Positions 1 through 10,054 of a stretch of 64,000 nucleotides of DNA are shown here, in pieces; within the stretch, counting starts at the first letter, position 1, and every line of letters starts with the position of its first letter. The stretch is from a virus, in IMG/VR virus record IMGVR_UViG_3300012985_000010, positions 8,395 to 72,394 of that record; one strand, 5' to 3'. The position numbers were made by a program, and so were the translations under genes. Under the pieces are notes generated by a model. The model made no database searches. It worked only from the letters and a program-made list of their open reading frames with translations, and was not told the origin of the DNA.

Positions 1-122
1 ATTAGGAAGCCCTCTTTGACGTGCCCCGAAGTGATCTCTTCGTCGCACTCAGCGCAGCGTCCATTAACAGCAATAGCGTCTTCATCTTTACCCTCTCCGA
101 GGAATTCCTTAAATCTTTTCAT
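1..122 (-). CDS. hypothetical protein with CxxC motif (runs off window start)
   Basis: ATG at 122 overlaps the recA end; reads MKRFKEFLGEGKDEDAIAVNGRCAECDEE..., open to the edge. Confidence 0.6.
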   Translation of the reverse strand, partial: MKRFKEFLGEGKDEDAIAVNGRCAECDEEITSGHVKEGFL

Positions 123-1110
123 ACAGGGTCTTCCTGTACTCCTCGATTAGATCAGGGTTCTCTCTAAGGTGCTTGATGACCTTAGTCTTACCCTGCATCT
201 TCTCGTCACCAACGACGTACCATGTACCGGACTTTTCGATGACACCGTATTCTTCACAGGTATCTACTAGGTCGGCAAGAGTGTCAATGCCAACATGGTC
301 CCCGTCAAAGTAGAAGTCGTAACTTCCGCCTACGAACTGTGGACCCGTCTTGTTGTAATCTACGGTCCAATCGACACCGCGCCCGACCCTACGCTTTACA
401 ACGCGGTCACCTAGCGTAACGTCGTCGTAGATACAGTTCTTGTCAGACTCGCTCGACCACAACTTTACAATCGTGGTGGAGAAGAACTTGACAGCCATAC
501 CTCCGGTTGGGATATGCGTAGCGTGCATTGAACCAAACGAGTTCCTCTGCTGAGAGATCAGCACGAGCATCGTGTTCTGGTTTGCGAAGTTCAGCATCTT
601 TACTGCGTGAGTCATATCCTTTGCCTCGGCACCAATCTGCTTTGTGTCCTGCAACTGCTTCAACTCTTCGCTGTCCTTCTCGAAGTAGATGGCAGGTAGC
701 AGGGCTGAGATTGAGTCCACAACAATTAGATCGACACCGGCAGCCATTAGGTCGGTACCAACGTCAACCATCTGGTTAATCGTCCTAGTGTCAGCAACAA
801 TCAACTGATCAACGTCGACACCGAGCCTAGTGGCCCACTCCGGGTCGAACGTTTCCTCTGCGTCCAAGAACGCACAGGTCTTTCCTGCCTTTTGAGCAAT
901 GGCGATCATCTGTAGAGCGAATGCCGTCTTACCGGCAGACTTGTTGCCCCACAACAGAATCTGGCGACCGAAAGCGAACCCTCCGCGCAGAGCAGCCGTT
1001 AGGCTAATGCTTGGCGTTGGGAGTTTTTCGATCTTTACTGCGGACGCTTCTAGCACCCTTTTTCTTGTCTTTGGGTCCAGAGCGCCCAGAATTTCTGAAA
1101 TGTCCTTCAT
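109..1110 (-). CDS. recA: RecA-like recombinase
   Basis: Walker A variant WGNKSAGKT, FLDAEETFDP, Walker B LIVVDSISAL, TGGMAVKFF. Confidence 0.95.
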   Translation of the reverse strand: MKDISEILGALDPKTRKRVLEASAVKIEKLPTPSISLTAALRGGFAFGRQILLWGNKSAGKTAFALQMIAIAQKAGKTCAFLDAEETFDPEWATRLGVDVDQLIVADTRTINQMVDVGTDLMAAGVDLIVVDSISALLPAIYFEKDSEELKQLQDTKQIGAEAKDMTHAVKMLNFANQNTMLVLISQQRNSFGSMHATHIPTGGMAVKFFSTTIVKLWSSESDKNCIYDDVTLGDRVVKRRVGRGVDWTVDYNKTGPQFVGGSYDFYFDGDHVGIDTLADLVDTCEEYGVIEKSGTWYVVGDEKMQGKTKVIKHLRENPDLIEEYRKTLYEKI

Positions 1111-1264
1111 TCATATCCTGTTCTAATTTAGCCGCCAACTCCTTTAGGGTCTTATCCCGTGAAGCAGCCAGCCGTTTAATAACAGACGCGATTTCTTCCT
1201 CATCATATGATCGCAGGACAAGGAGATATTCGCCTGTGACGCCCTGCATCATGTATCCGTTCAT
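1004..1264 (-). CDS. hypothetical protein
   Basis: 86-aa ORF; TGCTATAAT extended -10 just upstream of the ATG (leaderless). Confidence 0.65.
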   Translation of the reverse strand: MNGYMMQGVTGEYLLVLRSYDEEEIASVIKRLAASRDKTLKELAAKLEQDMNEGHFRNSGRSGPKDKKKGARSVRSKDRKTPNAKH

Positions 1265-1278
1265 ACCTAATTATAGCA

Positions 1279-1605
1279 TCAGGCTAAAACGCCGTGCATA
1301 TGAGGCCTGCCGGTGTTCTTCGCGTGCTTGATGCTGATAGCCTCGTCCAGTGATCCACGGACCTGACCGGCCTCTAGTAGCATCTGGTAAAAGTCGAACG
1401 TGCGAATGCAGATGTCTGCAATCTCGTCCATGATCTTATCAGCACCCTGCTCCTTGCGGTAAGCCTCTAGTACCTCAGAAACCTCTGAGTGTACCAGCGC
1501 CAACTTCATTAGAGCGACCTGCACGTCCACCTCTGGGAAGTCGTGAAAGCCCTTGTTCTTTGCGTTCTCGTGGACGGTGTACGCCCACTCATCAATCGTC
1601 TTCAA
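1279..1605 (-). CDS. MazG-like nucleotide pyrophosphohydrolase
   Basis: LALVHSEVSEVLEAYRK...DEIADICIR all-alpha NTP-PPase motif; K..KN..RP..HG tail. Confidence 0.85.
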   Translation of the reverse strand: MKTIDEWAYTVHENAKNKGFHDFPEVDVQVALMKLALVHSEVSEVLEAYRKEQGADKIMDEIADICIRTFDFYQMLLEAGQVRGSLDEAISIKHAKNTGRPHMHGVLA

Positions 1606-4600
1606 TTTGCTTAATGCTCCTTAGTACGAGTGTTCCGTCATCCATCGTTCCGACAGATAGACTTACCTTGTTACCGGGCTTGCCGTGAGCAAGCGCGTGT
1701 ACGAACTGCTTGCTGAAAGCCATGACCTTACGGAGTTCGCCCTTTGAGTTAGCAAGTACCAACTCGGCGTAATCCTTACCGGCCTTCGACCTTCTGTAGT
1801 TCGCTGAGATTACATAGTATTCCTTGTGGGCTAGCGTGACCTTTCCCTTTAGGTACTTGACCAACGCGTCGCCCTTCATGTCCTTCAATTCGGTGGCAGC
1901 GATGTATCGTGAAATACTGCTACCGGCCTTCATGACGAGGTACATCTGACCCTTCTCGATTTGCGTAGACGGACTGGTAAAGCCTGAGAAGCCTCCACCC
2001 TCGTCCACGAACTCAACCCTGCACCAGCCGTTCTTGCGAACGATGTCCTTTGCAAGGCCTAGGAGGATGGAGATTCCAGCCTCATCAATCTCGTCAGAGC
2101 GCATCACGCTTTCCCTGAGGGTCGCTGGAATTGCCTCCAGGTCGAACTTAGGGATTCCCAGGTACTCGTAGTAGTTATTCCCCTCCTCGCCAGTCTTCGG
2201 CTCTAGAGTGGCACCTACCGCCCTGAGGGTGGATGCGATCCTGGTATTGATGCCAGAACCCTTTGCGTAAACGAGATCATCAAAGTCCTTCTGCGACTGG
2301 TATGGTCGGTGTCGGATGATGATGCTCGCGGTCACGTCAGAAAGGTACTTGACCTTTTGCAGGCCGTACAGAATCTTCCCGTCGACAACCTCGAAGTCAG
2401 AAGGGCTGACATTGATATTAGGCAGGCCGATCTTGACGCCCAGGCGCTTGCACTCGATCAGGTACGGGGTCAACTCGTCAGGCTTTTCCTGGCTACGAAG
2501 GATCGAGCACAGGAACTCGGTTGGGTAGTAATACTTCAACCAGGCCGTCCAATACGTGATGATCGAATATGCGACAGCGTGCGACTTGTTGAACGAGTAC
2601 CCAGCGTGAGCCTCGAAGTCATGCCACAAGCCCTCAGCCTGCTCTGTGGTAATCTTTCCCTCACAGCCGCTCAGGAACTTCTGACGGTACGCGTCGAATT
2701 CCGTAGAGTCCTTCTTCTTTCCGATGATCCTACGAATCTTGTTAGCGTCACCCTTTGTCATACCAGCAAGGTCGGTACATGCGCGCATGACCTGCTCCTG
2801 GTAAATGATCAGTCCGTGGGTTTCAGCCGTGATCTCATCGTAAATCGGGTGTACCTGCGTGTCCTGAGCCCTGCCGTTCTTCCTGGCAATGTACTCGACA
2901 CCTACAGTGTTGTAGGCACCGGGCCTGACGAGAGCCGTAGAAGCAGCCAGGTGCTCGAATGTCGAGACGCCCATTTCCTTCAACAGTTTCGTGTAGGCGC
3001 TCTGCTCGGCCTGGAATACTCCAACGGTCTGTCCAGTAGACAGTCCACGGAATACCCTAGGGTCATCGAAGTTCCACGGCAGGCTCACCTCAGGGGTATT
3101 CTCGTCGCGGTGCTTGTTGACCATATCCAGAGTCTCGTGGATTACAGTCAGGGTCTTTAGACCCAGGAAGTCGATCTTGATTAGACCCAGGTCGGCAGCC
3201 TCGTTCATATCCAGCGCGATTGCTGGCAGACGTGACTTGTCCTTTGAGTCGGTATCCGTGCGTGACTCAATTGGAGCATAGTCCTCTAGAGGCAGCCTAG
3301 ATACGATTAGACCGGCGGCGTGCAGACCCGTACCACGAATCTTTCCACGAAGCGTCCTAGCCATATCCAGTACCTCAGGGTACTTGTTCCTGTAGTCCAG
3401 CGTGTCGTTTGAGTCCTCGAATCCCTCGAAGTCCTCAACCTTCTTTAGGACAGCCTCAGTCTCACCAACAGGGACGCTAAAGACGCGGGCTGCGTCCTTG
3501 ATTACGCCCTTGTCGCGGAAGTAGTTGAACGTGACGATGTTGCCGACGCTCGGGTACTTCTCGACCATATGCTGCTTTACCTCGCCACGACGACCATCCT
3601 CGAAGTCGATGTCGATGTCAGGCCAGTCGTTACGCTCTTCGTCAATGAAACGAGAGAACAGAAGGTCGTACGGAATCGGGTCAACCTGTGTGATACCCAA
3701 TAGGTAGCAGACAAGGGAGCCCGCAGCAGAACCACGACCGGGACCGACCATGATGTTCTTTGATCGAGCCCACTCAATAGCCTCGGCTACGACAATGAAG
3801 TAGGACGCGAAGTCCTTTGACTTGATGACACCCAATTCTTCCGCTAGACGATCCTTGTACTCCTGCTTATTGTTGAGACCTAGACGGTTCATGGCAAGGT
3901 TGCAGGCTGTCGTCAATTCGACGTTAGCGTCTCCTACCGGGCGTGGAAGTAGGTCCAGGTCCGCGTAGTATTCGTAGTCGCCAATCTTCTCAGCGACCTC
4001 TAGAGTGTTGTCGTAAATGTCGGTACGGTTGATCTCCTGCGCCACCATCTGCTCGTGCATTGACTCGCGCTCGGTGATGAACAGGTCCCACTCTTGGAAC
4101 GACATCTTGCGCTCAGGGTAAAGGTAGTTGAACTTCTCCAACATATCCTTCTTCTCCCGCATACCGGCGAAGGTCGCGTCAGCGGCCCTGGCAGGGTTGG
4201 TGGAAAGGATCAGGAATGCCTCTTCGATTGCGCGCTGCTCTGCCGACGCGTAGTGGCAGTCAGCAGTGACGACAGGCTTTACACCGTAAAGGTCAGCCAT
4301 GTCCAGCAGCCCGTTGTTAATGTTCAGCGGGTTGTGGGTCTGGACCTCCATGTAAAAGTCCTTGCCGAAGCGGTCGACAAACGCCTTTGTCCACATGTTT
4401 GCGGACGCGTCGTCACCTCGCTCAATCGCCTTTGCGATCAGGCCGTTTAGGCAGCCTGATAGGACGATGAGGTCATCACCGAATTCGTCTAGGATTTCAA
4501 AGTCGATACGAGGCTTGTGGTAATAGCCCTCATTCCAAGCAACCTGTGACAACTTCTGAATGTTCCTCATGCCGTTCTGGTTCTTCGCAAGAAGGATGAG

Positions 4601-4879
4601 GTGGTTGTAAACCTGATCGCCCTCTTCACGCTTGGCCTTAGCCCTGCGGTCGAAACGGTCGGTTGCTGAAATGTATGCTTCTACGCCGAGAATTGGCTTG
4701 ATGCCCTCGGCCTTCGCTGCTCTCTGTAGAGCGCGGTGGCCCGCCAATGTACCGTGGTCGGTAATGGCGATGCTGTTGTGGCCTACACTCTTTGCTACCT
4801 GTACCAACTCTGATGGGTCACAAAGACCGTCTAGCAGGCTGTACTGGCTGTGAACGTGTAGGTGTACTAGGTCTGACAA
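1592..4879 (-). CDS. dnaE: DNA polymerase III alpha subunit (DnaE-like)
   Basis: PHP HLHVHSQYSLLDG, GPGRGSAAGSLVCY, PDIDIDF, KIDFLGLKTL, YSFNKSHAVAY. Confidence 0.97.
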   Translation of the reverse strand: MSDLVHLHVHSQYSLLDGLCDPSELVQVAKSVGHNSIAITDHGTLAGHRALQRAAKAEGIKPILGVEAYISATDRFDRRAKAKREEGDQVYNHLILLAKNQNGMRNIQKLSQVAWNEGYYHKPRIDFEILDEFGDDLIVLSGCLNGLIAKAIERGDDASANMWTKAFVDRFGKDFYMEVQTHNPLNINNGLLDMADLYGVKPVVTADCHYASAEQRAIEEAFLILSTNPARAADATFAGMREKKDMLEKFNYLYPERKMSFQEWDLFITERESMHEQMVAQEINRTDIYDNTLEVAEKIGDYEYYADLDLLPRPVGDANVELTTACNLAMNRLGLNNKQEYKDRLAEELGVIKSKDFASYFIVVAEAIEWARSKNIMVGPGRGSAAGSLVCYLLGITQVDPIPYDLLFSRFIDEERNDWPDIDIDFEDGRRGEVKQHMVEKYPSVGNIVTFNYFRDKGVIKDAARVFSVPVGETEAVLKKVEDFEGFEDSNDTLDYRNKYPEVLDMARTLRGKIRGTGLHAAGLIVSRLPLEDYAPIESRTDTDSKDKSRLPAIALDMNEAADLGLIKIDFLGLKTLTVIHETLDMVNKHRDENTPEVSLPWNFDDPRVFRGLSTGQTVGVFQAEQSAYTKLLKEMGVSTFEHLAASTALVRPGAYNTVGVEYIARKNGRAQDTQVHPIYDEITAETHGLIIYQEQVMRACTDLAGMTKGDANKIRRIIGKKKDSTEFDAYRQKFLSGCEGKITTEQAEGLWHDFEAHAGYSFNKSHAVAYSIITYWTAWLKYYYPTEFLCSILRSQEKPDELTPYLIECKRLGVKIGLPNINVSPSDFEVVDGKILYGLQKVKYLSDVTASIIIRHRPYQSQKDFDDLVYAKGSGINTRIASTLRAVGATLEPKTGEEGNNYYEYLGIPKFDLEAIPATLRESVMRSDEIDEAGISILLGLAKDIVRKNGWCRVEFVDEGGGFSGFTSPSTQIEKGQMYLVMKAGSSISRYIAATELKDMKGDALVKYLKGKVTLAHKEYYVISANYRRSKAGKDYAELVLANSKGELRKVMAFSKQFVHALAHGKPGNKVSLSVGTMDDGTLVLRSIKQIEDD

Positions 4880-4916
4880 AATGCCTCCGTAGGCTTCGGT
4901 TGTTTAGAAATGGACA

Positions 4917-4942
4917 TGGGTGGGGCCCGAAGGCCCCACCCA
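4917..4942 (-). terminator. intrinsic terminator hairpin after ssb
   Basis: 11-bp stem with TTCG loop on the - strand. Confidence 0.7.
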
Positions 4943-4947
4943 ACGTC

Positions 4948-5616
4948 TTACCAGTCGGAAGGTGAATCCTGCTTTGCAGCAGGTGCTTCCTCTACGGCCT
5001 GGTCGTTGCCGCCTCGAACATATGCCTCCTGCTTCTCGTAAGGGATGTCCCTTACAGCAGTGGTCTTTAGATCGAACAGTTCATACTTGGTTGGGTCTGC
5101 TGGCTCAGCAGGCACAGCAATTGCTGTGTACGAAGTGGTGTTCTGGCTTGAACCAGTACGACCGATCTTCCATGATGCACCAGTGATGCCGCCGACCTCT
5201 TCTGCGTATGAGATAAGGTTCGGGGTGATGGACTTGTCTGAGAAGCCCTGCGAGATAACCTTGACGTCTCCGTCTACAAGTACGTTGGCGTAGAAACGAA
5301 CCTTCGCCTTCCACTTGCTGTTACCGGTCTCGTTTACCTGATCGCAGCCCCAGCACTTGCCTTCGTCGTCCTTTGTACAAAGGAACTTGCGCTTGAACGA
5401 GAACGGCTCCTGCGGAGTGTGCTCGACAGCGAGAATGGCTGTGCCTGCTGCTTCGTTGTAACCTGGGGAGTCTGCGTCAATCTCCTGTAGGAACTGAGCC
5501 CTTACGACTTCCTTGTCCTTGATGGACAGCCAGTTTACCTTTACATAATCGCCACCGCTACCGGCGGCGTCCTCTGCAACCTTCTTGGCAGAGGCCAATC
5601 CTTCTAGAATACCCAT
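4948..5616 (-). CDS. single-stranded DNA-binding protein (gp32-like)
   Basis: H/C-rich zinc motif (FLCT..CWGC), acidic C-terminus ending SDW, located between primase and DnaE. Confidence 0.8.
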   Translation of the reverse strand: MGILEGLASAKKVAEDAAGSGGDYVKVNWLSIKDKEVVRAQFLQEIDADSPGYNEAAGTAILAVEHTPQEPFSFKRKFLCTKDDEGKCWGCDQVNETGNSKWKAKVRFYANVLVDGDVKVISQGFSDKSITPNLISYAEEVGGITGASWKIGRTGSSQNTTSYTAIAVPAEPADPTKYELFDLKTTAVRDIPYEKQEAYVRGGNDQAVEEAPAAKQDSPSDW

Positions 5617-5675
5617 TTTAGTAATTTCTCCTTCGTGGCCGAGAGGCCTGTTGTGTACTTCAATTATACCATGTA

Positions 5676-6737
5676 CTAGTAAAGATCGAGAAGCAAGTAT
5701 TCAAAGTGTGGTCTTGCGTTCTGCACTACCGTCAGTCTATCAGACTCAGAAATTGCACTGATATCCTTGGCACCACCAGGGTAAACTTCGGTGTCACTGT
5801 AGCACGCCCAGAAGATTTCCTTGCTGGGCAATGCCGATGCGATCTTCATACCTAGGTCACGTCCGGGGTTGTGACCTATGCACTTTCGGTCTGGACACTT
5901 CTTGCAATTCGGGTAGAACTGCTTTTCATCGAAGTCGGTACAGATGATGATGCGCTCGTAGTTCCTGTCGAGCAATTCAGCCTGTGCCCTACTCAGCACA
6001 CCACCGAGTAGAGCCCCACTGTTCTTCAAGCCAACCTGTGCAAACGACATAGTGTCGAATGCTGCCTCGGTGACAAGGATCGTTCCGCCGCCGCGCTTTG
6101 CAGTCTGACCGTTGTAGATCAACTGATTACGAGGGAGGTGACCGGAGTTCTTAAACCCCTTCTCGCCTGGAGTACGACCAACGAATCCGACGAACATACC
6201 GTCGTCAGCGAATACGGGAACGGTGATCAGGTTCTTCTTCTCGGAGTAACCGATCTTGAACTCTGCCAGAACGAAGTCGTTAAAACCTCGACCGTGCATG
6301 TAGTCCATAGCGACCTGAGACTTCCAGAAGTTATCCTGCATTTCCTGTAACTTTTCTAGCGGGTAGGGCTCGATCTCCTTCGGACCATCATCGGCCAAGA
6401 CCGAAGCCATGATCTTCTCGAAATCGGGTTCGCCCGTGCGGTGAGACGCAATGAACCTAAGAACCTCGTACTCGTTCTTTTTGGTTACAGCGGAGACGAG
6501 GTGGTTGAATACACCGGCCTCACCGCAGGACGGGTTGAAGCAGCAATATACGCCGGTCACTTTACTGACTGTCAACGCTGGGCTATACGTGTTCCCGTGG
6601 AACGGGCACAGGCATAGAAAGTCGTTGTCGGTCTGTCCTTTGACCGTAACCCCTATGGAGTTAAGGACGGCTCTGATTTCTTGCTGGGTGTAGACATTGG
6701 TATAGTCCTTCCCGCTGAGACGCCTTCCACTTGCCAT
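5676..6737 (-). CDS. dnaG: DNA primase (CHC2 zinc finger + TOPRIM)
   Basis: CPFH...C..C zinc finger, VGFVGR, VTEAAFD, CTDFD TOPRIM motifs. Confidence 0.9.
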   Translation of the reverse strand: MASGRRLSGKDYTNVYTQQEIRAVLNSIGVTVKGQTDNDFLCLCPFHGNTYSPALTVSKVTGVYCCFNPSCGEAGVFNHLVSAVTKKNEYEVLRFIASHRTGEPDFEKIMASVLADDGPKEIEPYPLEKLQEMQDNFWKSQVAMDYMHGRGFNDFVLAEFKIGYSEKKNLITVPVFADDGMFVGFVGRTPGEKGFKNSGHLPRNQLIYNGQTAKRGGGTILVTEAAFDTMSFAQVGLKNSGALLGGVLSRAQAELLDRNYERIIICTDFDEKQFYPNCKKCPDRKCIGHNPGRDLGMKIASALPSKEIFWACYSDTEVYPGGAKDISAISESDRLTVVQNARPHFEYLLLDLY

Positions 6738-6964
6738 GACTTCTTCTTCCCTACATACATGAAGTACATTACTAGTTCACAATCGAAGTGTTCCTTTTCA
6801 GCAACATACGACGTTGTGAATACAGTGTCGAGGTCAAGGCACGGAACGTAACCGCTGTCGCGCATTGAATCCTCTAGGGTCTTTTCCCAGGTAGCCCTTA
6901 CCCTTACTACGCCCGAATCAGCCACCTGGCCCTTTAGGACCTCACGGTGAATGTTACGAGCCAT
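6653..6964 (-). CDS. hypothetical protein
   Basis: ATG at 6964 overlaps the dnaB end; fills the gap in the replication operon. Confidence 0.7.
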   Translation of the reverse strand: MARNIHREVLKGQVADSGVVRVRATWEKTLEDSMRDSGYVPCLDLDTVFTTSYVAEKEHFDCELVMYFMYVGKKKSWQVEGVSAGRTIPMSTPSKKSEPSLTP

Positions 6965-8183
6965 CTGCTGTGCCATATGTTTCCTTAAGTGTTCCTCGGC
7001 CAAAGTCTGCTTCCAGGTAGAAAGCAAAACTAGGTCCGTGACGATTCTTCCTCTCAACACACTCAACTAGGTTGGTGTCCTGGTGGTGATGAATTGCCAT
7101 TGCCATGTCCGCGTCGTACTCGATGGCCTTTGACCAAGCGACCTGCGACAACATCGGAGGTCCCTTCGTGTCAGAGATATCATCCATTGTTGCTGCGGTA
7201 ATGTCGATAACTGGAATGTTATTCGAAAGAGCGAGCCTCTTTAGTTCCCGAGAAATGTTCATGTTTCTCTCGGTCGGCTGCTTTGATCTACCATTGTCAG
7301 TAAGCAACTGGTGATAGTCGGCTACTACAATGGAAGGCTTGTATTGGTCGATCTTCGCCTGAATGATGTCAGGAGTGACCTCACCAACGCCCTCGTTGGA
7401 AACGATGATGAACTCTGGCTTGTCAGTCAGAGTCTTCTTTCCCCACGAGCGGAAGTCGTCTGTGTTGACCATACCCTTCTGGAAATCGCTCATCCTAAAG
7501 ATACCGGAACCCATCAAGGTGTAGATGCGGTTACGCATATCCTCGGGTGACATTTCAAGGGAGATAATCATTGGACGGTGCCCCTGCATCCATGCCTGAC
7601 ACATAAGGTATTCTGAGATCCAAGACTTACCTCTACCGGGCCAACCAATCAGAACGATTAGGTGACCAGGCGCGAGGCCTGTAGGGTACGCAGCGTCCAG
7701 GGCTTTGAAGCCGGTACGAATACCAGGCGTTCCGCCCATTTCCTCTGTGAGAGACCGCAGGTCGTCATAGTACCGGCCAGCGTTCTCGTAGTCAGTAATG
7801 TTCAGGTCCTTGACAGAGTTCGTGAGACGAGCGAGGCCCGTCATTTCCTTCTGCATTCGAGCCAGGACCTCAGAAGGGGCCGAGCCCTTTAGGTCGTGGA
7901 TACCACCGATTAGCAGGTTACCCAACGTGTTGTTTAGGTAGCCGCTCTTCAATTGGTCAACGTAATACTGAGTTGGACCGCTAACGTCACTCTCTCTGAA
8001 TTCGGGATGCTTTGACCTCAACTTATCTGGCGAGGGTGTCGTTCCGTAAATCTTGTAGTAACGCTTGACGCTCTCCCACATGTCTCCGTGGGTCACAAAA
8101 CACTCATCGAGGTTCTGAGCGAGGGCCGGATTGATGTCCTTGTTCTCTAGAACAGCCGAGATTACATCAATCTCCGTCGACAT
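6954..8183 (-). CDS. dnaB: DnaB-like replicative helicase
   Basis: GWPGRGKS Walker A, ISLEMS, ADYHQL, ISRELKRLA, IEYDAD, KNRHG. Confidence 0.95.
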   Translation of the reverse strand: MSTEIDVISAVLENKDINPALAQNLDECFVTHGDMWESVKRYYKIYGTTPSPDKLRSKHPEFRESDVSGPTQYYVDQLKSGYLNNTLGNLLIGGIHDLKGSAPSEVLARMQKEMTGLARLTNSVKDLNITDYENAGRYYDDLRSLTEEMGGTPGIRTGFKALDAAYPTGLAPGHLIVLIGWPGRGKSWISEYLMCQAWMQGHRPMIISLEMSPEDMRNRIYTLMGSGIFRMSDFQKGMVNTDDFRSWGKKTLTDKPEFIIVSNEGVGEVTPDIIQAKIDQYKPSIVVADYHQLLTDNGRSKQPTERNMNISRELKRLALSNNIPVIDITAATMDDISDTKGPPMLSQVAWSKAIEYDADMAMAIHHHQDTNLVECVERKNRHGPSFAFYLEADFGRGTLKETYGTADGS

Positions 8184-8514
8184 TCACGCCCTCCGTTTCT
8201 ACTAATTCCTTGGTCTTTTCGAGAAGTTCTCTCGTACGTCTGTCATCCTCTAGTCTAGCATCCCTGGCGACGGCCAACTTATCGAAGTTCTGCAAGAAGA
8301 ATGGCAGGCTGTTCTTGTGGTTTCCGTCGAGGGTGAAGTAATAGTCTAGAAGGGCCTTAGCGTTTAGGTAGTCAACACTGTCAACTACGTCCGCTGCCCC
8401 CCACTTCTCCCGGTAGCGATTTACTACAGGCTTCTTGCCATACTTCTGAGTGTACAACTTCTCATAGTATGTCAGGACGCCCATAGCCTCCTTCATTCGC
8501 TGCTGGTTAGTCAT
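8167..8514 (-). CDS. hypothetical protein
   Basis: coupled ORF in the replication operon. Confidence 0.7.
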   Translation of the reverse strand: MTNQQRMKEAMGVLTYYEKLYTQKYGKKPVVNRYREKWGAADVVDSVDYLNAKALLDYYFTLDGNHKNSLPFFLQNFDKLAVARDARLEDDRRTRELLEKTKELVETEGVNVDGD

Positions 8515-8716
8515 TGCTTCGGAGTTCGGCCTCGATCTCAACGACCTGCTCTACCAACTTGGTCTGAGCGAACGTCTTAATCCTGTGAAAGGCTTCGTCC
8601 ATTGTTTCATCGTCACGTCGGGAGTCTTCAATCTCAACCTTTACGTGTACGTTTTCGAAATTCCCTAGGTTCCTAAGGAAGTCATACCCAACCCTAATCA
8701 ACGGCTGTGCTGTCAT
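8507..8716 (-). CDS. hypothetical protein
   Basis: coupled ORF with an RNLGNFENV motif. Confidence 0.7.
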   Translation of the reverse strand: MTAQPLIRVGYDFLRNLGNFENVHVKVEIEDSRRDDETMDEAFHRIKTFAQTKLVEQVVEIEAELRSND

Positions 8717-9002
8717 GCACCACTCCAAATCCTGCGGGGACGCGGTTTTCTTCGGCAGGGTCAACCTGCTCTTCCACGCCCGAGACTCTTTCCGCCATGT
8801 TCAACCATGCGAAACTTACCTTTAGCAGACCGTCAAGGTCGGCTACTCGTTCTGCTACTGTAGTGGCTTTGTCCAAGATATACGCAGACCGGGCCAAGCA
8901 GTATTCATAGTCCAAGTCTACCATGTTCGAATCGTCGTCGCCAGTCTCATCCTTTTCAGGGTCTTCCTCGACAGCCTCTTCTACAACCTCTTCATCACTC
9001 AT
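8694..9002 (-). CDS. hypothetical acidic protein
   Basis: coupled ORF (TAATG junction). Confidence 0.7.
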   Translation of the reverse strand: MSDEEVVEEAVEEDPEKDETGDDDSNMVDLDYEYCLARSAYILDKATTVAERVADLDGLLKVSFAWLNMAERVSGVEEQVDPAEENRVPAGFGVVHDSTAVD

Positions 9003-9535
9003 TAAATCTCCTCTGCCTTCCAGACAGGAACAAGGTGCCCCTTAGAATCTTTCTTGTAGAGCACCTTGTCCCCGGCTAGAATCCTCTGGACCTCGCTGCG
9101 CGGAGTGAGGGTCTGATTAGCGTTTTCACGAAAGTCCTTCGTTGGGCGTCCGTTCTGGACTCCGCAGAAGAACTCGTGTACTTCAAGCACCTGCTTCTCA
9201 CTAAAGTAGTACCTCGGGACTGACGGCTTGTCAGTCAGCGAATATGTAGCAGCCGGGGCTGGCAACTCACCACGCTGAACGTAGTGGTTAACTCTACCAC
9301 GGTCTCTACCGATGATCGCACCGACCTCCGTAGTCGAATACGCCTTCCCCTGTCGTCTCACCCAATCACTGTAAAGGTACTTGACCTCCTTGTGCTGTGG
9401 GTAATTCCAGGCGATGATGATATCTCGACCTCGGTGGATGTACAACTTCTTGTGGAGTTCGCCATTAAGGAAGAAGACCGAACGCTTTTTGATGTCGTTC
9501 GGCCACTTCCCTACAAACCCAGTAGGTGCCGTAAT
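9002..9535 (-). CDS. helix-turn-helix DNA-binding protein (possible ATT start at 9535; ORF-track start 9445)
   Basis: YSTTEVGAIIGRDRGRVNHYVQRGELPAP MerR/excisionase-like HTH; frame is open up to an AGGAG-N9-ATT. Confidence 0.7.
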   Translation of the reverse strand: MTAPTGFVGKWPNDIKKRSVFFLNGELHKKLYIHRGRDIIIAWNYPQHKEVKYLYSDWVRRQGKAYSTTEVGAIIGRDRGRVNHYVQRGELPAPAATYSLTDKPSVPRYYFSEKQVLEVHEFFCGVQNGRPTKDFRENANQTLTPRSEVQRILAGDKVLYKKDSKGHLVPVWKAEEI

Positions 9536-9693
9536 TCTCTTTCACTCCTAACGAGGAAGCGCCCGAAGGCGTTTGTCTCTTTGTCCACGAACCATCGCTT
9601 GCCGCACCTCGAACAGGTCAGTTCAAACTTCTGATTCTCCGTGAACGTTCTGTCGACAAACACCCTGCCGTGACACTTTCTACACCAAAGCAT
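9511..9693 (-). CDS. small zinc-ribbon protein
   Basis: CRKC...CSRCG. Confidence 0.75.
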   Translation of the reverse strand: MLWCRKCHGRVFVDRTFTENQKFELTCSRCGKRWFVDKETNAFGRFLVRSERELRHLLGL

Positions 9694-9702
9694 GGTAGAG
9701 CC

Positions 9703-10020
9703 TTACTCTTCGCCCTTATTGGGTCCAAAAAGGTTAACTGCTTCCAACTTGGCGTTTAGACCTGTATTCTTAATGATCAGGTTGTAGATAATTGATGATG
9801 ATGCGTAAACGGCGGTACCAAGACCGGCTAGGTCATGGGTATCGAGAGCGTACTCTCCACTGACACCGACGACGGCTGCACCACCGACAAGGCTCAGTCC
9901 GATAGCAACCAGGGTCTTAATCCTGTTGCTCCAATGGGACTGCTTGATTGTTGAAACTGCAAATGTTACAACGACTGATGTTACTAGAACAGCCGCCGAA
10001 CCTGTAGTCAGAATATCCAT
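9703..10020 (-). CDS. holin-like membrane protein
   Basis: 105 aa, about 3 hydrophobic segments, charged C-terminus, GAGGAGG RBS. Confidence 0.6.
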   Translation of the reverse strand: MDILTTGSAAVLVTSVVVTFAVSTIKQSHWSNRIKTLVAIGLSLVGGAAVVGVSGEYALDTHDLAGLGTAVYASSSIIYNLIIKNTGLNAKLEAVNLFGPNKGEE

Positions 10021-10054
10021 TCGTGTATTACCTCCTCACTTAATTCTAGCACAA

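Noticed and set aside
2309-3160. 283-aa + strand ORF inside dnaE, and similar + strand ORFs across 1-45 kb
   Set aside because: Antisense shadows of clearly identified genes
1592-8183. Inteins or introns in DnaE and DnaB (NrdJ also checked)
   Set aside because: Lengths are normal and motifs contiguous; no intein signatures seen
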